From positions 1 through 64,000 of IMG/VR virus record IMGVR_UViG_3300037067_007633: DNA of 64,000 nt, one strand, 5' to 3'. The notes under the pieces are model-generated. The model did no database searches. It saw nothing but the letters and a program-made list of their open reading frames with translations, and had not been told where the DNA came from. The position numbers and the translations under genes are program-made. This document shows, in pieces, positions 1 through 10,071 of the stretch (positions are counted from its first letter, which is position 1; each line of letters opens with the position of its first letter). The stretch comes from a virus. Its lineage: Duplodnaviria; Caudoviricetes.

Positions 1-232
1 TCTTCCGATCTTTGACTTTGAACGTATCTTTTAATATTTTAATAAAATCCTTTGGTAATTGATAATATTCCGCTTCTAACACAGCCATTACTGGATAATC
101 AGGTAAAAAATTTAAAACTGCATTTAATTTTGATACCATTTGATAATTTTCTAAATCTTCGTATTTTTCTTTAGCCTGATCTATAACTAATAACAGTGTG
201 TCAATATTATATTCAGTTTCGTTATACTTCAT
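1..232 (-). CDS. hypothetical protein, partial (runs off window edge)
   Basis: ATG at 232 overlapping the previous stop; frame MKYNETEYNIDTLLLV... stays open to base 1. Confidence 0.6.
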   Translation of the reverse strand, partial: MKYNETEYNIDTLLLVIDQAKEKYEDLENYQMVSKLNAVLNFLPDYPVMAVLEAEYYQLPKDFIKILKDTFKVKDRK

Positions 233-593
233 ATGTTACTCCATTATTTAATAATTGCTCTATATATTCTGGAGTTGCGTTTTTTCCAGCCTCTAAAATA
301 GCTGTAATAATAGCTTCACCTCTAACTGCATAATCCTCTGGAGACATAGCGTTTTTAACATACGTTCTAATGGTTCGTTTAGATCGCCTTTTTTGATATA
401 ATAATTCGTTATGTATATTTTCCCCGGTTTTTTTATTTTGTTTCCACTGACAATATAATCTTATACCTTGTATAATTGCTCCAAGAATAGAAAAAATTAA
501 AGATATTGTAGCGGGATCGATAAATACTTGTTGTTCGTTAGTATCTTTTTGTTTTCTTAATTCATTAGAGATTTTTAATACTGCGTCGTCCAT
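222..593 (-). CDS. hypothetical protein with one hydrophobic segment
   Basis: ORF track; FIDPATISLIFSILGAII. Confidence 0.7.
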   Translation of the reverse strand: MDDAVLKISNELRKQKDTNEQQVFIDPATISLIFSILGAIIQGIRLYCQWKQNKKTGENIHNELLYQKRRSKRTIRTYVKNAMSPEDYAVRGEAIITAILEAGKNATPEYIEQLLNNGVTYEV

Positions 594-601
594 GTTGTTT
601 A

Positions 602-871
602 TTACTTTGTAATAAAAGATTGTTTACCTTTGTTGATTAATAATTTTCTAATTGCCCGCTTTAATCTTAATCTTAGAAATGGTCGGAAAAATGGAATACG
701 TATACCGTTAACGTATATATATGGTCTTCTAAAAATTTTGCCAAGCACTATACTAACAAACTCTGACTGTTCGCCGTCTGTATAATAACTTATAATATCT
801 TCACAATCAACCATCCATCTTTCTGGTTCTTCTTTAATACTTTTAATAATTGTTAATAATAATTCTTTCAT
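602..871 (-). CDS. hypothetical protein
   Basis: ORF track; tight co-directional packing. Confidence 0.65.
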   Translation of the reverse strand: MKELLLTIIKSIKEEPERWMVDCEDIISYYTDGEQSEFVSIVLGKIFRRPYIYVNGIRIPFFRPFLRLRLKRAIRKLLINKGKQSFITK

Positions 872-873
872 AT

Positions 874-1626
874 TTATCTCGCTAAGTTTTCCGATGGTTT
901 AATATTTGGCATTATAAAAATACTATTATCTATTTGTACGTTTAACTTTATATTACTTAATAGAATGGTAATATCAATATCTTTTTTATTCCAAACAATA
1001 TTTATTTGTGATGGAATATTCATTGTAGAAATTTTGGTTACATTTGAAACTATTGCTTGAGACACTAATTCATTTTTTTCATCATAAATTAAATGACCAG
1101 CAATTAATAATAATTTTTTGTTTATAATTGTTATTTTAGTAGTTTTTTTTCCGTTGGGTGCTACCATATTATAATATACACTAATCTGTTTATCGTTTTC
1201 AACTATTTTAATATTTTCCTTATTAATGGTATTTAAACCTAATAATTCCATCATTAATAAAGGATTTAATGAATTATCTAAATTTGTTCTATCTAAATCG
1301 GTATACTTAGAATATTTTAAAGTTGGTGGTTTAAGTCTACGAGCAAAAAACCAAAAAACATCATCGTTAGAACCTAAATCTAACATTAACCTTTTATCTA
1401 TTCTATCTCCATGATTAATCATTCGTAAATTTCTAGGTTTCTGAAAATATATTTGACCTCTAGAACGTGCTACTGGACCATTTTCAGACTTACTACCATA
1501 GTTATATAAATCGCAAGTCATTGTTAAAAGCTTTGAGTTTTGTTCATTTAATTTAATAATAGTGGGATTTTCAACACCTACACCTGCCGATAAGATAGAA
1601 AAAATTAATAGGGATGGTAAAATCAT
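874..1626 (-). CDS. exported LolA-fold-like (lipoprotein-sorting-like) protein
   Basis: N-terminal signal peptide; GQIYFQKPRNLR, DLGSNDDVFWF and C-terminal IPSQINIVW...NVQIDNSIFIMP resemble LolA-like folds. Confidence 0.55.
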   Translation of the reverse strand: MILPSLLIFSILSAGVGVENPTIIKLNEQNSKLLTMTCDLYNYGSKSENGPVARSRGQIYFQKPRNLRMINHGDRIDKRLMLDLGSNDDVFWFFARRLKPPTLKYSKYTDLDRTNLDNSLNPLLMMELLGLNTINKENIKIVENDKQISVYYNMVAPNGKKTTKITIINKKLLLIAGHLIYDEKNELVSQAIVSNVTKISTMNIPSQINIVWNKKDIDITILLSNIKLNVQIDNSIFIMPNIKPSENLAR

Positions 1627-1949
1627 AATGATTTGTCGTTCTCCTTTTCTTTAGAAAATTCTTCCAGGTCTCCATTTTCACTTATTTTTTGATCTTCATA
1701 CGGACTAATTAACTTCCTATATATTTCCATTTTAGCACACTCTAATGTTCCAACAATTTGTGATAATTTTGTATAACTCCATTTATTACCACACTTTAAA
1801 AAGTTAGTTAATATTCTGGTTATAATATAATTTGCTAATCCCCCCTTGTTATAAAACGTAGTATCTTTATAGATAGTATTAATATTATAAAGGAACTGAT
1901 CAATATATTCATCTAAAAATAGTCTATCTTTTTGTGAAATATATGGCAT
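1623..1949 (-). CDS. DUF6899-like conserved phage protein
   Basis: MPYI...GLANYIIT...GTLECAKMEIYRK...PYEDQKISENGD. Confidence 0.65.
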   Translation of the reverse strand: MPYISQKDRLFLDEYIDQFLYNINTIYKDTTFYNKGGLANYIITRILTNFLKCGNKWSYTKLSQIVGTLECAKMEIYRKLISPYEDQKISENGDLEEFSKEKENDKSL

Positions 1950-2122
1950 TATCTATCCTCTTTCCAAAATTTAAAGTTTACGTGATTTTTTCCATCTGGG
2001 TATTTCCATCTATGTAGAATTTTTTGTGTTTCTAGATTATCTATAAATTCCAGTTGTTCTTCCGAAGTAGCATTAGATAATCCAGCTTCACCTAATTCCT
2101 TTTGGTATTTATTGGTCATATA

Positions 2123-2674
2123 TTACCCCACACTTAATTTTTTAAAATCAAAAAACCACCACCGACGACTTTTATCACTAATAGTTCCCATATTAATATT
2201 TGTTAAATAGTTTCTTAAAGATTTCCAGTCTCCAAAATTATGTTCAAAATAATTTGTTCCCCATAACCATAAAGGTAATTTATTCAGTCCTCCTTCACTC
2301 ATAATTAAACAAACCTTTTTACTTCTATTCATTGTAAACAATTCCTCAAGAGTGCCAAAAGTGGGAATTTGAATATTAATATAAAAAATTCCTATATTTG
2401 CCAAATCTGTCATTCGTAAATCAACAGATCTTATTTTACGAACTTCTTTTGATAGCTTTTTATATTGTTTTAACTTTTTAAGTTCATTTAATTTATTAAC
2501 GTATCCTGCATCTTCTTTTAAATTACACATATCTGGTTTATTAGTTGGGTCTAATATAATCATATTCATAGATTTAAGAAATGGAATAAGTTTTTGTCTC
2601 CATTCAATTCCTTTATCTTTAGCGTATTGCATAGGACCAGATAAATAGACTGTACACCCACAAAGTTTATTCAT
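2123..2674 (-). CDS. nucleoside 2-deoxyribosyltransferase-like protein
   Basis: VYLSGPM..WRQ..DP..DL..GTLEE pattern. Confidence 0.7.
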   Translation of the reverse strand: MNKLCGCTVYLSGPMQYAKDKGIEWRQKLIPFLKSMNMIILDPTNKPDMCNLKEDAGYVNKLNELKKLKQYKKLSKEVRKIRSVDLRMTDLANIGIFYINIQIPTFGTLEELFTMNRSKKVCLIMSEGGLNKLPLWLWGTNYFEHNFGDWKSLRNYLTNINMGTISDKSRRWWFFDFKKLSVG

Positions 2675-2750
2675 ATTTTTCCCCTTTATTAAAAATTCAC
2701 TTTACCAATTATATATACATAAAATTAAATATTTGTAAAGTATAATAATA

Positions 2751-2770
2751 TAGCCACCAAAAGGTGGCTA
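2751..2770 (-). terminator. hairpin, probable intrinsic terminator
   Basis: TAGCCACC-AAAA-GGTGGCTA perfect inverted repeat in an intergenic gap. Confidence 0.55.
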
Positions 2771-2797
2771 ATTTACAACTTTGTAAAATCTATAAAT

Positions 2798-3163
2798 CTA
2801 TTCAAACAATTCTAAATCGTCTTCTGGATAAATTGCATATAAATCTTTTCTAACTTTTTCTTCATAATATTCTCGTGTATGCCATTCAACAGGTGCTTGT
2901 TCTAAGAATTCTTTATAACTTACAATATATTGTGGTTCCTTAAACATTAAAGTATATACTAATTTTTTTGTATTTCTCCATTCAGGATAAATATCATCCC
3001 ATGGATGTTTTTTATTTATAAAATATCTTTCACTAACTCTGTTATAAAATGTTATAGCATATTCTATAGCTATTATTAAACCGGATGTTGGTAAACCTGT
3101 TTTTTTGGTTATTACATGTTGACCTAAATTGAATTTACAAAGGTATTCTTGTTCTGTATTCAT
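2798..3163 (-). CDS. hypothetical protein
   Basis: ORF track. Confidence 0.65.
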   Translation of the reverse strand: MNTEQEYLCKFNLGQHVITKKTGLPTSGLIIAIEYAITFYNRVSERYFINKKHPWDDIYPEWRNTKKLVYTLMFKEPQYIVSYKEFLEQAPVEWHTREYYEEKVRKDLYAIYPEDDLELFE

Positions 3164-3366
3164 ATAATTTTAACCCTTCGTGAATTAAATCTTGCAACAT
3201 CAGCCAAACCATTATCTAAGCTACGCTTATTTGTTGTATATTCTCCAAATTCATCCTCACAAACTACCGTGCCATCACTGTTATCTTTAATCATCATGTT
3301 TAAATGAGAGCCAAAACGGGAAGGATAAGGATAAACTTCTTTTTTGATATAAGTATCTTTAGCCAT
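3160..3366 (-). CDS. hypothetical protein
   Basis: ORF track; GGAG RBS. Confidence 0.65.
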   Translation of the reverse strand: MAKDTYIKKEVYPYPSRFGSHLNMMIKDNSDGTVVCEDEFGEYTTNKRSLDNGLADVARFNSRRVKII

Positions 3367-3396
3367 TAAAATTTTCTCCTTTGATTAATTTCTATA

Positions 3397-3888
3397 TTAC
3401 TCCAATAATCCTTTAAGTTTTACCGCGACATTATTATCAATAATCTTTTTGGCAACCTCGTCAATTCTTTTATTAATCATATCCATATTAATTTCTATTA
3501 GTTGTTTCATTTTGGCTTCAATTAAAGAAGTTATATCTACTTGTTTTATAGCTTCATTAATAATTTTATCTAAACTCTCTTTTAACTTTTTTAAAATTAT
3601 TTCAGTATATTTAGGATTTAGTTGGAATGATTCGGAAAAAAATTTCCCTTGAAGAAAACCTAATTCTTGGGCGATTTGCTTGTCAACAGACTTATTAACA
3701 TCTATTCTTAATTGTTGAATTCTTTCATCACTAACAAATTTCTTTAGATAATTTTTCAAAAATCTATCAGCGATTTGTGACCTAATTTGTACTTCAATCT
3801 CTGAATCTCCTCCTATTAATTTTTCCAAAACTGGATAGGTGAGATTTAGAGTAAGTTTTGCTGGTTGCATAACTTTATCTGTTAACAT
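3397..3888 (-). CDS. hypothetical coiled-coil protein
   Basis: ORF track. Confidence 0.65.
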   Translation of the reverse strand: MLTDKVMQPAKLTLNLTYPVLEKLIGGDSEIEVQIRSQIADRFLKNYLKKFVSDERIQQLRIDVNKSVDKQIAQELGFLQGKFFSESFQLNPKYTEIILKKLKESLDKIINEAIKQVDITSLIEAKMKQLIEINMDMINKRIDEVAKKIIDNNVAVKLKGLLE

Positions 3889-3904
3889 CTTATAATTTCC
3901 TTAT

Positions 3905-4315
3905 TTATACCTTTATCTTATCTAAAATAATCATTTTTGTAGCAACAATAACATCATTATAATACTGCGTACCCACAACGATTGGGTTTTGAAATAATAC
4001 TTTAACTTTCTTTTGTAATACAGAATAATTTCTAGCACCTTTTCTAATTCTAAAAATATGAAATCCAACAGCATAATCAACATAATTACTAGATATTATC
4101 GTACCATCAATAGTATATTTATTAGTAGAATGAGCAACTTTATCTACATTAACAGAACCATAATATAGATTTATCTTACCGTAATCATCTGACTTATCTA
4201 CACATTTCCATCCAACATACCAGTTTTGTCCATTATATTTTACCTTCTTACAATTTTCTTCACAATATTTTTTAGCGTCTTTTTTATTATTTATATCAGC
4301 AGTAGATAAACACAT
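3905..4315 (-). CDS. MCL-family paralog (group A)
   Basis: MCL start, WYVGWK, GFHIF, FQNP..VG.Q shared with 11412, 14892, 16385 and 21469. Confidence 0.8.
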   Translation of the reverse strand: MCLSTADINNKKDAKKYCEENCKKVKYNGQNWYVGWKCVDKSDDYGKINLYYGSVNVDKVAHSTNKYTIDGTIISSNYVDYAVGFHIFRIRKGARNYSVLQKKVKVLFQNPIVVGTQYYNDVIVATKMIILDKIKV

Positions 4316-4327
4316 AATTAAAATACC

Positions 4328-4798
4328 TCAACATGCTCGTGTTTGATTTTTGTTATTTATAGAAATAATTATCTCATACTTGTTGGGAATATTCCAATAC
4401 AACCCAAAGTATGGTCCTTGTAGATATTTTGTGACCTTAATTACATCTCCAGCTCCAAACATTTGTCCATACTTACTATTAACATTTATAGAATAATAGT
4501 CTCCAGATTTTTGATCTTGATAAGTGATTACTTGATAATCAAATAAATCACCAGTAATTGTTTTGATATTACAAATTTCTTCTTGTACTATAACTGGGCG
4601 ATTGTTTTTTTCATAATTACTAATTAAAAACCAACTAAAACATGGAATAAATATACCTCCACATAATAGTATTAATGCTAAAGGTGGACCGTCTTCGTCG
4701 CCTGAAAATTTACACACCAGACTTATAATAGATAATATACCAAACAAAACACCAGAAACTAATGCTAAAAATACAATAAAGTTAGCATAAATAATCAT
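4328..4798 (-). CDS. membrane protein, two TM helices
   Basis: two hydrophobic segments; GGAG RBS. Confidence 0.7.
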   Translation of the reverse strand: MIIYANFIVFLALVSGVLFGILSIISLVCKFSGDEDGPPLALILLCGGIFIPCFSWFLISNYEKNNRPVIVQEEICNIKTITGDLFDYQVITYQDQKSGDYYSINVNSKYGQMFGAGDVIKVTKYLQGPYFGLYWNIPNKYEIIISINNKNQTRAC

Positions 4799-4822
4799 TT
4801 TAAAATCTCCTTTTTCTTAGTT

Positions 4823-5125
4823 TTACCCATCATAATAAGCATCTGATTGAACATCGAAATCACTATCTGGAATTTCCCTATTTAATAATTCCCTAATAGT
4901 CTTCTTTACACTATCTCTAAATTGTTTCCCGGTTTCATTGTCTTCGATAGTACAAAAATCTCTACCTATAGCATAGTTAAAATCACTACAATCTTGAAAA
5001 CGTTCTATACTATAATCCTTTGGTGGCTTTAAAGAATATCTATCAATATCCTTTGGTAATCCAATTCCATAAATACAAAAACTTGTTGTACTGCTATTGC
5101 TTACAAAGCCATTTCTAATTTTCAT
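4823..5125 (-). CDS. FVSNSS-tag protein 1
   Basis: MKIRNGFVSNSSTTSF N-terminus; ends YYDG. Confidence 0.85.
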   Translation of the reverse strand: MKIRNGFVSNSSTTSFCIYGIGLPKDIDRYSLKPPKDYSIERFQDCSDFNYAIGRDFCTIEDNETGKQFRDSVKKTIRELLNREIPDSDFDVQSDAYYDG

Positions 5126-5490
5126 TTTCTTAAAAACTCCATAAAATCATTATAAGTTGGAAATTTATCTTTAATTTCTTGAGCCAAAACTTCTTTTGTT
5201 TTTCCTGTTAATTTAAACACATATTTACTAATATCTGAAGATGATACTGTTTGCATTTGACAAATCGGACAAACTTCTGATGGCGTTTCACCATTATAAT
5301 CATATTCTTGTTCTTCCTCATCTGTCAATTCTCTAACTTGCCTGTCATTACAAAATATGTGACCATTAATACATGTTTTATGTTCTACATCGCTTGCACA
5401 TAAATCCATTCCACAAAATTCTTCTTTACACACATCGTAAACAAAACTTGTGGAGGAACTATTGGAAACAAAACCTTGTCGAATTTTCAT
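5122..5490 (-). CDS. FVSNSS-tag protein 2 (Cys-rich)
   Basis: MKIRQGFVSNSSSTSF; start moved to ATG 5490 to match paralogs. Confidence 0.85.
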   Translation of the reverse strand: MKIRQGFVSNSSSTSFVYDVCKEEFCGMDLCASDVEHKTCINGHIFCNDRQVRELTDEEEQEYDYNGETPSEVCPICQMQTVSSSDISKYVFKLTGKTKEVLAQEIKDKFPTYNDFMEFLRK

Positions 5491-5756
5491 TTTTCTACCC
5501 ATTCTAAATGTGTTTTTCCGCTATCTTTATCTACTGCATAATACATAACTTTATTATCAATAAGAAACTTCGTGTGCACACAATTAACTATATAAGTCCA
5601 CGAAATAAATAGTGGTATTATAATTATTAGTATAAATGAACCAATCGCGTTTGTCGTGGCTTTATACTCTTTATTTACTTGAAAGATATATGAAAATAAT
5701 AATATTAATGATATCGAAGCCGTAACACAAAAAACAATTGACATTAAAATAAACAT
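5487..5756 (-). CDS. small membrane protein
   Basis: two hydrophobic segments; GGAGG RBS. Confidence 0.65.
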   Translation of the reverse strand: MFILMSIVFCVTASISLILLFSYIFQVNKEYKATTNAIGSFILIIIIPLFISWTYIVNCVHTKFLIDNKVMYYAVDKDSGKTHLEWVEK

Positions 5757-5898
5757 TTTGTTATTTAACCTCCAACTTATAATTTACCAAATAAATAGGA
5801 AGGAAACCAAAAAGAAAATACCCATACCAATATAATGTATAATCTCTCATTAGAGAATATTTCTTAGTTGTTATCCACATCTTTTTAACTATCATTTT

Positions 5899-6135
5899 TT
5901 ATTCCTCTATTAATTTTTCTAAATCTTTAATACTGTGTTGTATAGTAGACCCAGATATTTTCTTATAATGAGCTTCTATATAATATAAAATACCACTTTT
6001 TAATTTCACGTTTTCATTAATTACTTTATTTAATTTATGTTTCATAGCGGTTGTTGTTGTATCTAGTCTACAACCACAAATAGTACAAAAATTACCATCT
6101 TGTAATCTATCACAACACTTTATTTTATTTTTCAT
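5899..6135 (-). CDS. hypothetical Zn-ribbon protein
   Basis: CC...CTICG. Confidence 0.6.
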   Translation of the reverse strand: MKNKIKCCDRLQDGNFCTICGCRLDTTTTAMKHKLNKVINENVKLKSGILYYIEAHYKKISGSTIQHSIKDLEKLIEE

Positions 6136-6545
6136 TATAACTCTGTATCGTTAATTTCATCTTCTAGTGTATTAAAAATTTCTTTAGCTAAATCGTCTGA
6201 TAATTTAATAATTGTGATATTTAAATTTTTCCCAAAACCTCTATATAAATGTATTTCTACACTTTCTAATTCTCTGTCTTCATCACCTTCTTCTGGATAG
6301 CTTTTTTCTGGATACATACTAATATAAATAGGTTGATAATATCCAGAAGATAACCAATTAATTTCTAACCTATCAAAATCTTCAATCTGTGGGCATTCTG
6401 AATATATTCTATCTCTAATTTGTTTAGATAGTTTATCGTTACCATCTAAAAAAATTTCGCCTTTCCATAAATCCAAATCAAACCCAGTAGAACCCCGAAC
6501 ACCAGACCATCTACGACCGTCAATCATACAATATCTTTGAAACAT
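6135..6545 (-). CDS. hypothetical protein
   Basis: ORF track. Confidence 0.65.
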   Translation of the reverse strand: MFQRYCMIDGRRWSGVRGSTGFDLDLWKGEIFLDGNDKLSKQIRDRIYSECPQIEDFDRLEINWLSSGYYQPIYISMYPEKSYPEEGDEDRELESVEIHLYRGFGKNLNITIIKLSDDLAKEIFNTLEDEINDTEL

Positions 6546-6551
6546 TTTTAT

Positions 6552-6986
6552 TTAAAACCATAAATAGGAAGTTAAAATGTTGTGATTATCTACAGTTATA
6601 CCATTTTTTCTTAAATTGTCAAGTAGTTCTTTATTATTTGTTTCTGTTGCTTTTCTTAGTAGGTTTGCCCTATGGCTATAATGAAATTTTTCATTGCCAA
6701 CCCATTGAGGTTTGTTAAAAAATATTGGACCATAAATAAACTGCATTTTTTGAAATTTGATTTTATGATTGGATTTACAATATTCATAAAATGTATTATA
6801 ATATTCTATTAAAGCTCCATCATAATCATTCCACATTTTAACTATAGGATGATTTTTCCATCCACTACTTTTGTTTTGTAAAATATCTAATATTTGTTTA
6901 GCTTCTACGACTTGTTTAAAACAACGTCTTTTGTCTAATAATTTGGCAGAAGCTAAAAAATTAGGATAGGGAAGGAATGTTTGCAT
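6552..6986 (-). CDS. pyrimidine dimer DNA glycosylase / MSMEG_6728-like protein
   Basis: MQTFLPYPNF..LD.RR..KQ.VEA.QIL..GW.NHP..KMW, SHRANLLRK. Confidence 0.8.
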   Translation of the reverse strand: MQTFLPYPNFLASAKLLDKRRCFKQVVEAKQILDILQNKSSGWKNHPIVKMWNDYDGALIEYYNTFYEYCKSNHKIKFQKMQFIYGPIFFNKPQWVGNEKFHYSHRANLLRKATETNNKELLDNLRKNGITVDNHNILTSYLWF

Positions 6987-7530
6987 TTTTAGTTCTTTCT
7001 AAAATTCTTTCAAATGATATTGGAGAATAGTCGTTATTCTCAACACATAAATTTCTTGGTCCTAAATGACTATTATTATGTACGTGTCCATATAAATGAA
7101 TGACAGAATTATTTAATTCGTATTCTCTTTTTAATAATGTTCTTTCCCAACACACTTGATTTTCATATATTGGTTTATGAGTAACTAAAATTTTGCTTCC
7201 ATTAATTTCTCTTAGAAAATAATTTAATGTTTCGGTAAACAAATTTTTTAAAATTTTACTTCTAAGAATAATTTTATCATGATTTCCGCAAACTAATATA
7301 ATATTTTTACAAACTATAAATTGACGAATATATTCTATATTATCAATGGAACTATTATGACCAAAAGCAAAATCTCCACCATGAATTAATATATCATCTT
7401 CTTTAACTTCCTTATTAATATTTTTCACTATTGTTGAATTCATTTCGTTAACTGTAGAAAACGGACGATTACAATAACGAATAATATTTCCGTGATAAAA
7501 ATGTGTATCAGAAATAAAATAATAGTTCAT
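6961..7530 (-). CDS. calcineurin-like metallophosphoesterase
   Basis: SDTHF.H, GDF, GNHD, THKP and GHVH motifs. Confidence 0.9.
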   Translation of the reverse strand: MNYYFISDTHFYHGNIIRYCNRPFSTVNEMNSTIVKNINKEVKEDDILIHGGDFAFGHNSSIDNIEYIRQFIVCKNIILVCGNHDKIILRSKILKNLFTETLNYFLREINGSKILVTHKPIYENQVCWERTLLKREYELNNSVIHLYGHVHNNSHLGPRNLCVENNDYSPISFERILERTKNANIPSLS

Positions 7531-7955
7531 ATTTTATATATCCTTTCAAAAAATATTTTAAATTCGGTATCTATATCTTTTTGCAATTGATAAATCTCTA
7601 AATACTCCATTACCATTTTTGTAGCTTCCATTTTTTTATGACCAAATTTGACCAAACTACTAACAGCAAGATCAATAAATTTTTGATCTTTTGAGGTTTT
7701 ATTTGAAATCGTGGGCTCTACAAATCCCACTTCTTTTTTCTTCCTATTTGTTGTTCTTTCAACAAACTTATCACCATTCTCAAATATCGGATCTATATCA
7801 CAGCTTGTAACCTTATTTACATTTGTATTATAACCACAACTACAGCTTATCGTTGCTACATTTTTTATTTGTTCTATGCTACATACTATTTCAGAATTAC
7901 ATTTTGGACATTCATAATGAAAAAAGACAGATACCTTATAAGGTAAAATATTCAT
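7527..7955 (-). CDS. Zn-ribbon protein with RuvA-C-terminal-like helical domain
   Basis: CPKC...CSCG; AVSSLVKFGHKKMEA. Confidence 0.5.
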   Translation of the reverse strand: MNILPYKVSVFFHYECPKCNSEIVCSIEQIKNVATISCSCGYNTNVNKVTSCDIDPIFENGDKFVERTTNRKKKEVGFVEPTISNKTSKDQKFIDLAVSSLVKFGHKKMEATKMVMEYLEIYQLQKDIDTEFKIFFERIYKI

Positions 7956-8119
7956 TGCTTAGTAATCTTGTTTTTTAACTCATTAATAACTTCAGCTAAT
8001 GACTGACTATTACCATTTTCTACCATACATTGATTTTAGATTTAGTGGAATTTGACCATCTGTAATAATCCATTTCCACATATTAAAATAGCCAACTACA
8101 AAATGTAATATTTTATTTA

Positions 8120-8515
8120 TCATGATTGATATACAACCTTCAATTGTTTTTTAAAAATTTCTAACGCTTCTTTAGCTACAACTTTTGGACACTCTGGCAT
8201 ATATTTTAATTCACAACTAATACTACTTAATCTTGTTCTTCCATCATTTGTTTTTTGTAGAACTGGATTAAAAGAATTTTTATAACGCAAATATTTGTTT
8301 TCATTATTTGCGTCATTCCAATCTAAATTATTGTTATCACACCAATCTTCATAAGTTAATATTCCTTGTGGGCGATATTCATCAGCAAAGAATTCTTTTC
8401 TACTATTTCTATTATAAAGACTATAAGAAGTATATACTAGTGTTAAATTCTGTATAGAAAAACACCATTCTTGTTTTGACAAGCCGTTTCTACTGATTCT
8501 TTGTACTTTAATCAT
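8120..8515 (-). CDS. hypothetical protein
   Basis: ORF track. Confidence 0.6.
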   Translation of the reverse strand: MIKVQRISRNGLSKQEWCFSIQNLTLVYTSYSLYNRNSRKEFFADEYRPQGILTYEDWCDNNNLDWNDANNENKYLRYKNSFNPVLQKTNDGRTRLSSISCELKYMPECPKVVAKEALEIFKKQLKVVYQS

Positions 8516-8835
8516 TTTGGAAACATCACCTTAAAAATATCAATATGTAATACTTTATAATAATCGCCTGGAAGATTAAATAATGTTTTCATAATAGAAT
8601 TTTCAACTTTTACAAAAGCACTAAAAGATTTATTACTAGTTCTAACAAACCAGGCTTTTACAATATGTTTTTCATTTGCATATTCTGAAAACTCTACCTG
8701 AATAGCAAAACCGCGTTTTTGAATAACTTTTCCAATTACTGCACGTCCCCATTTTCCATCATAACACACAGACACCAAATCACCCTTTTTAGGATTTAGG
8801 TTTTTTAATGCTTTACTATACTTGTCTTGTTTCAT
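8512..8835 (-). CDS. hypothetical protein
   Basis: ORF track. Confidence 0.6.
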   Translation of the reverse strand: MKQDKYSKALKNLNPKKGDLVSVCYDGKWGRAVIGKVIQKRGFAIQVEFSEYANEKHIVKAWFVRTSNKSFSAFVKVENSIMKTLFNLPGDYYKVLHIDIFKVMFPK

Positions 8836-8991
8836 TATTATTATTTTCTTCTTCTATTGCTTGGTCAAACACTATAGCATAATCTTCGACTGTATATTTC
8901 AACGCTTTTCCTGGTGTTATTTTTTTATGTCTTAAATAAAAATCTAAACTATTAAAAAAATAATCTATTCTTTCTTTTTGTGTACTCATAA

Positions 8992-9645
8992 TTATTTCCT
9001 TTTAACACTTAACTTTTTCATTTTATCAATTGCTTTCTCTAACTTGGGATGCAATCTCTTTATTTGCTCACTACTTCCGTCTTTTGAAATTCTTTGCAAA
9101 TAACTTTTAACTGCCTTTCCCATCTTTCCGAAAATATATGGGCGGTCTGCCAAATCCCATTGCGTATTATGTTTACATAATAATTTGAAGGGCTTATTAT
9201 TAGGAACAGGAATGTTGTAAAAAAGAGGTCCGTAATTGATTTTATAATTACCACAAATACTGATCCACGCCTTATGTTTTTTCCCATAACATTTTAATTC
9301 ATGTTCGGTAGATTCGATAGGTTTGAAAATTTCACTAAACCTAATTTTTTCAGTATTAACATTAACTTCAACATTATCTTTAACTATAGTTACAGAAGTA
9401 TCCGGTAATTGTTTACCCTTAATTATAAATCCAGCTCCACACTTAACACAATTATGGGCTTTTGCTCCATTAACACCACCGCATTTAACACAAACTTTTT
9501 TACCACGTCCCAAACCCGTACTTTCTTTCTTCTCTATTAATGGATTTTTTGTTTGATAAAATGTGTAGCCACACTTTGAACACTTAGAACTTCTAGCAGC
9601 ATTTTCAGCACCACACTCTAAACAGTCTTTATGACCTTTAGCCAT
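8992..9645 (-). CDS. tandem zinc-ribbon protein
   Basis: two GxKxCxxCGxxNxAxxxxCxKCGxxF repeats. Confidence 0.75.
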   Translation of the reverse strand: MAKGHKDCLECGAENAARSSKCSKCGYTFYQTKNPLIEKKESTGLGRGKKVCVKCGGVNGAKAHNCVKCGAGFIIKGKQLPDTSVTIVKDNVEVNVNTEKIRFSEIFKPIESTEHELKCYGKKHKAWISICGNYKINYGPLFYNIPVPNNKPFKLLCKHNTQWDLADRPYIFGKMGKAVKSYLQRISKDGSSEQIKRLHPKLEKAIDKMKKLSVKRK

Positions 9646-9647
9646 GT

Positions 9648-10055
9648 TTAAAATCTCTCAAAGTGACCGTCACGATTAGTAAAATATACTTCTTTGATAC
9701 CAAAATCAGATATCAATTTTTGACATTTTTCACACGGCTTAGACATACTCATTTTTCCATCCATAGAAAAACGCATATTAACCATAGTAACATTATGTAG
9801 AACATATGGGGGAAATTCAAAATTTAAAATAGCGTCTAGTTCTGAATGAATGCTGTCGAATCTCGTTCCGTATTTTCTTCCCATTGGATGAGTCTTAAAA
9901 GCTTTAGACCATCCCACAGACATAACCCGACGACGAATTAATAGGAAGGTAATATGGCGGTGTTTACTAGGGGGAATAATCTCTAGTAGTTTTCTGGCTT
10001 TTCGGATTAGAAAATCTAAATTTCTCATTCCTTTATTATACAGTATTTTTTCCAA
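9648..10055 (-). CDS. zinc-dependent cytidine/dCMP deaminase-fold protein
   Basis: HSELDA and SKPCEKC motifs. Confidence 0.8.
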   Translation of the reverse strand: MEKILYNKGMRNLDFLIRKARKLLEIIPPSKHRHITFLLIRRRVMSVGWSKAFKTHPMGRKYGTRFDSIHSELDAILNFEFPPYVLHNVTMVNMRFSMDGKMSMSKPCEKCQKLISDFGIKEVYFTNRDGHFERF

Positions 10056-10071
10056 AAAGCAACTATAATAT

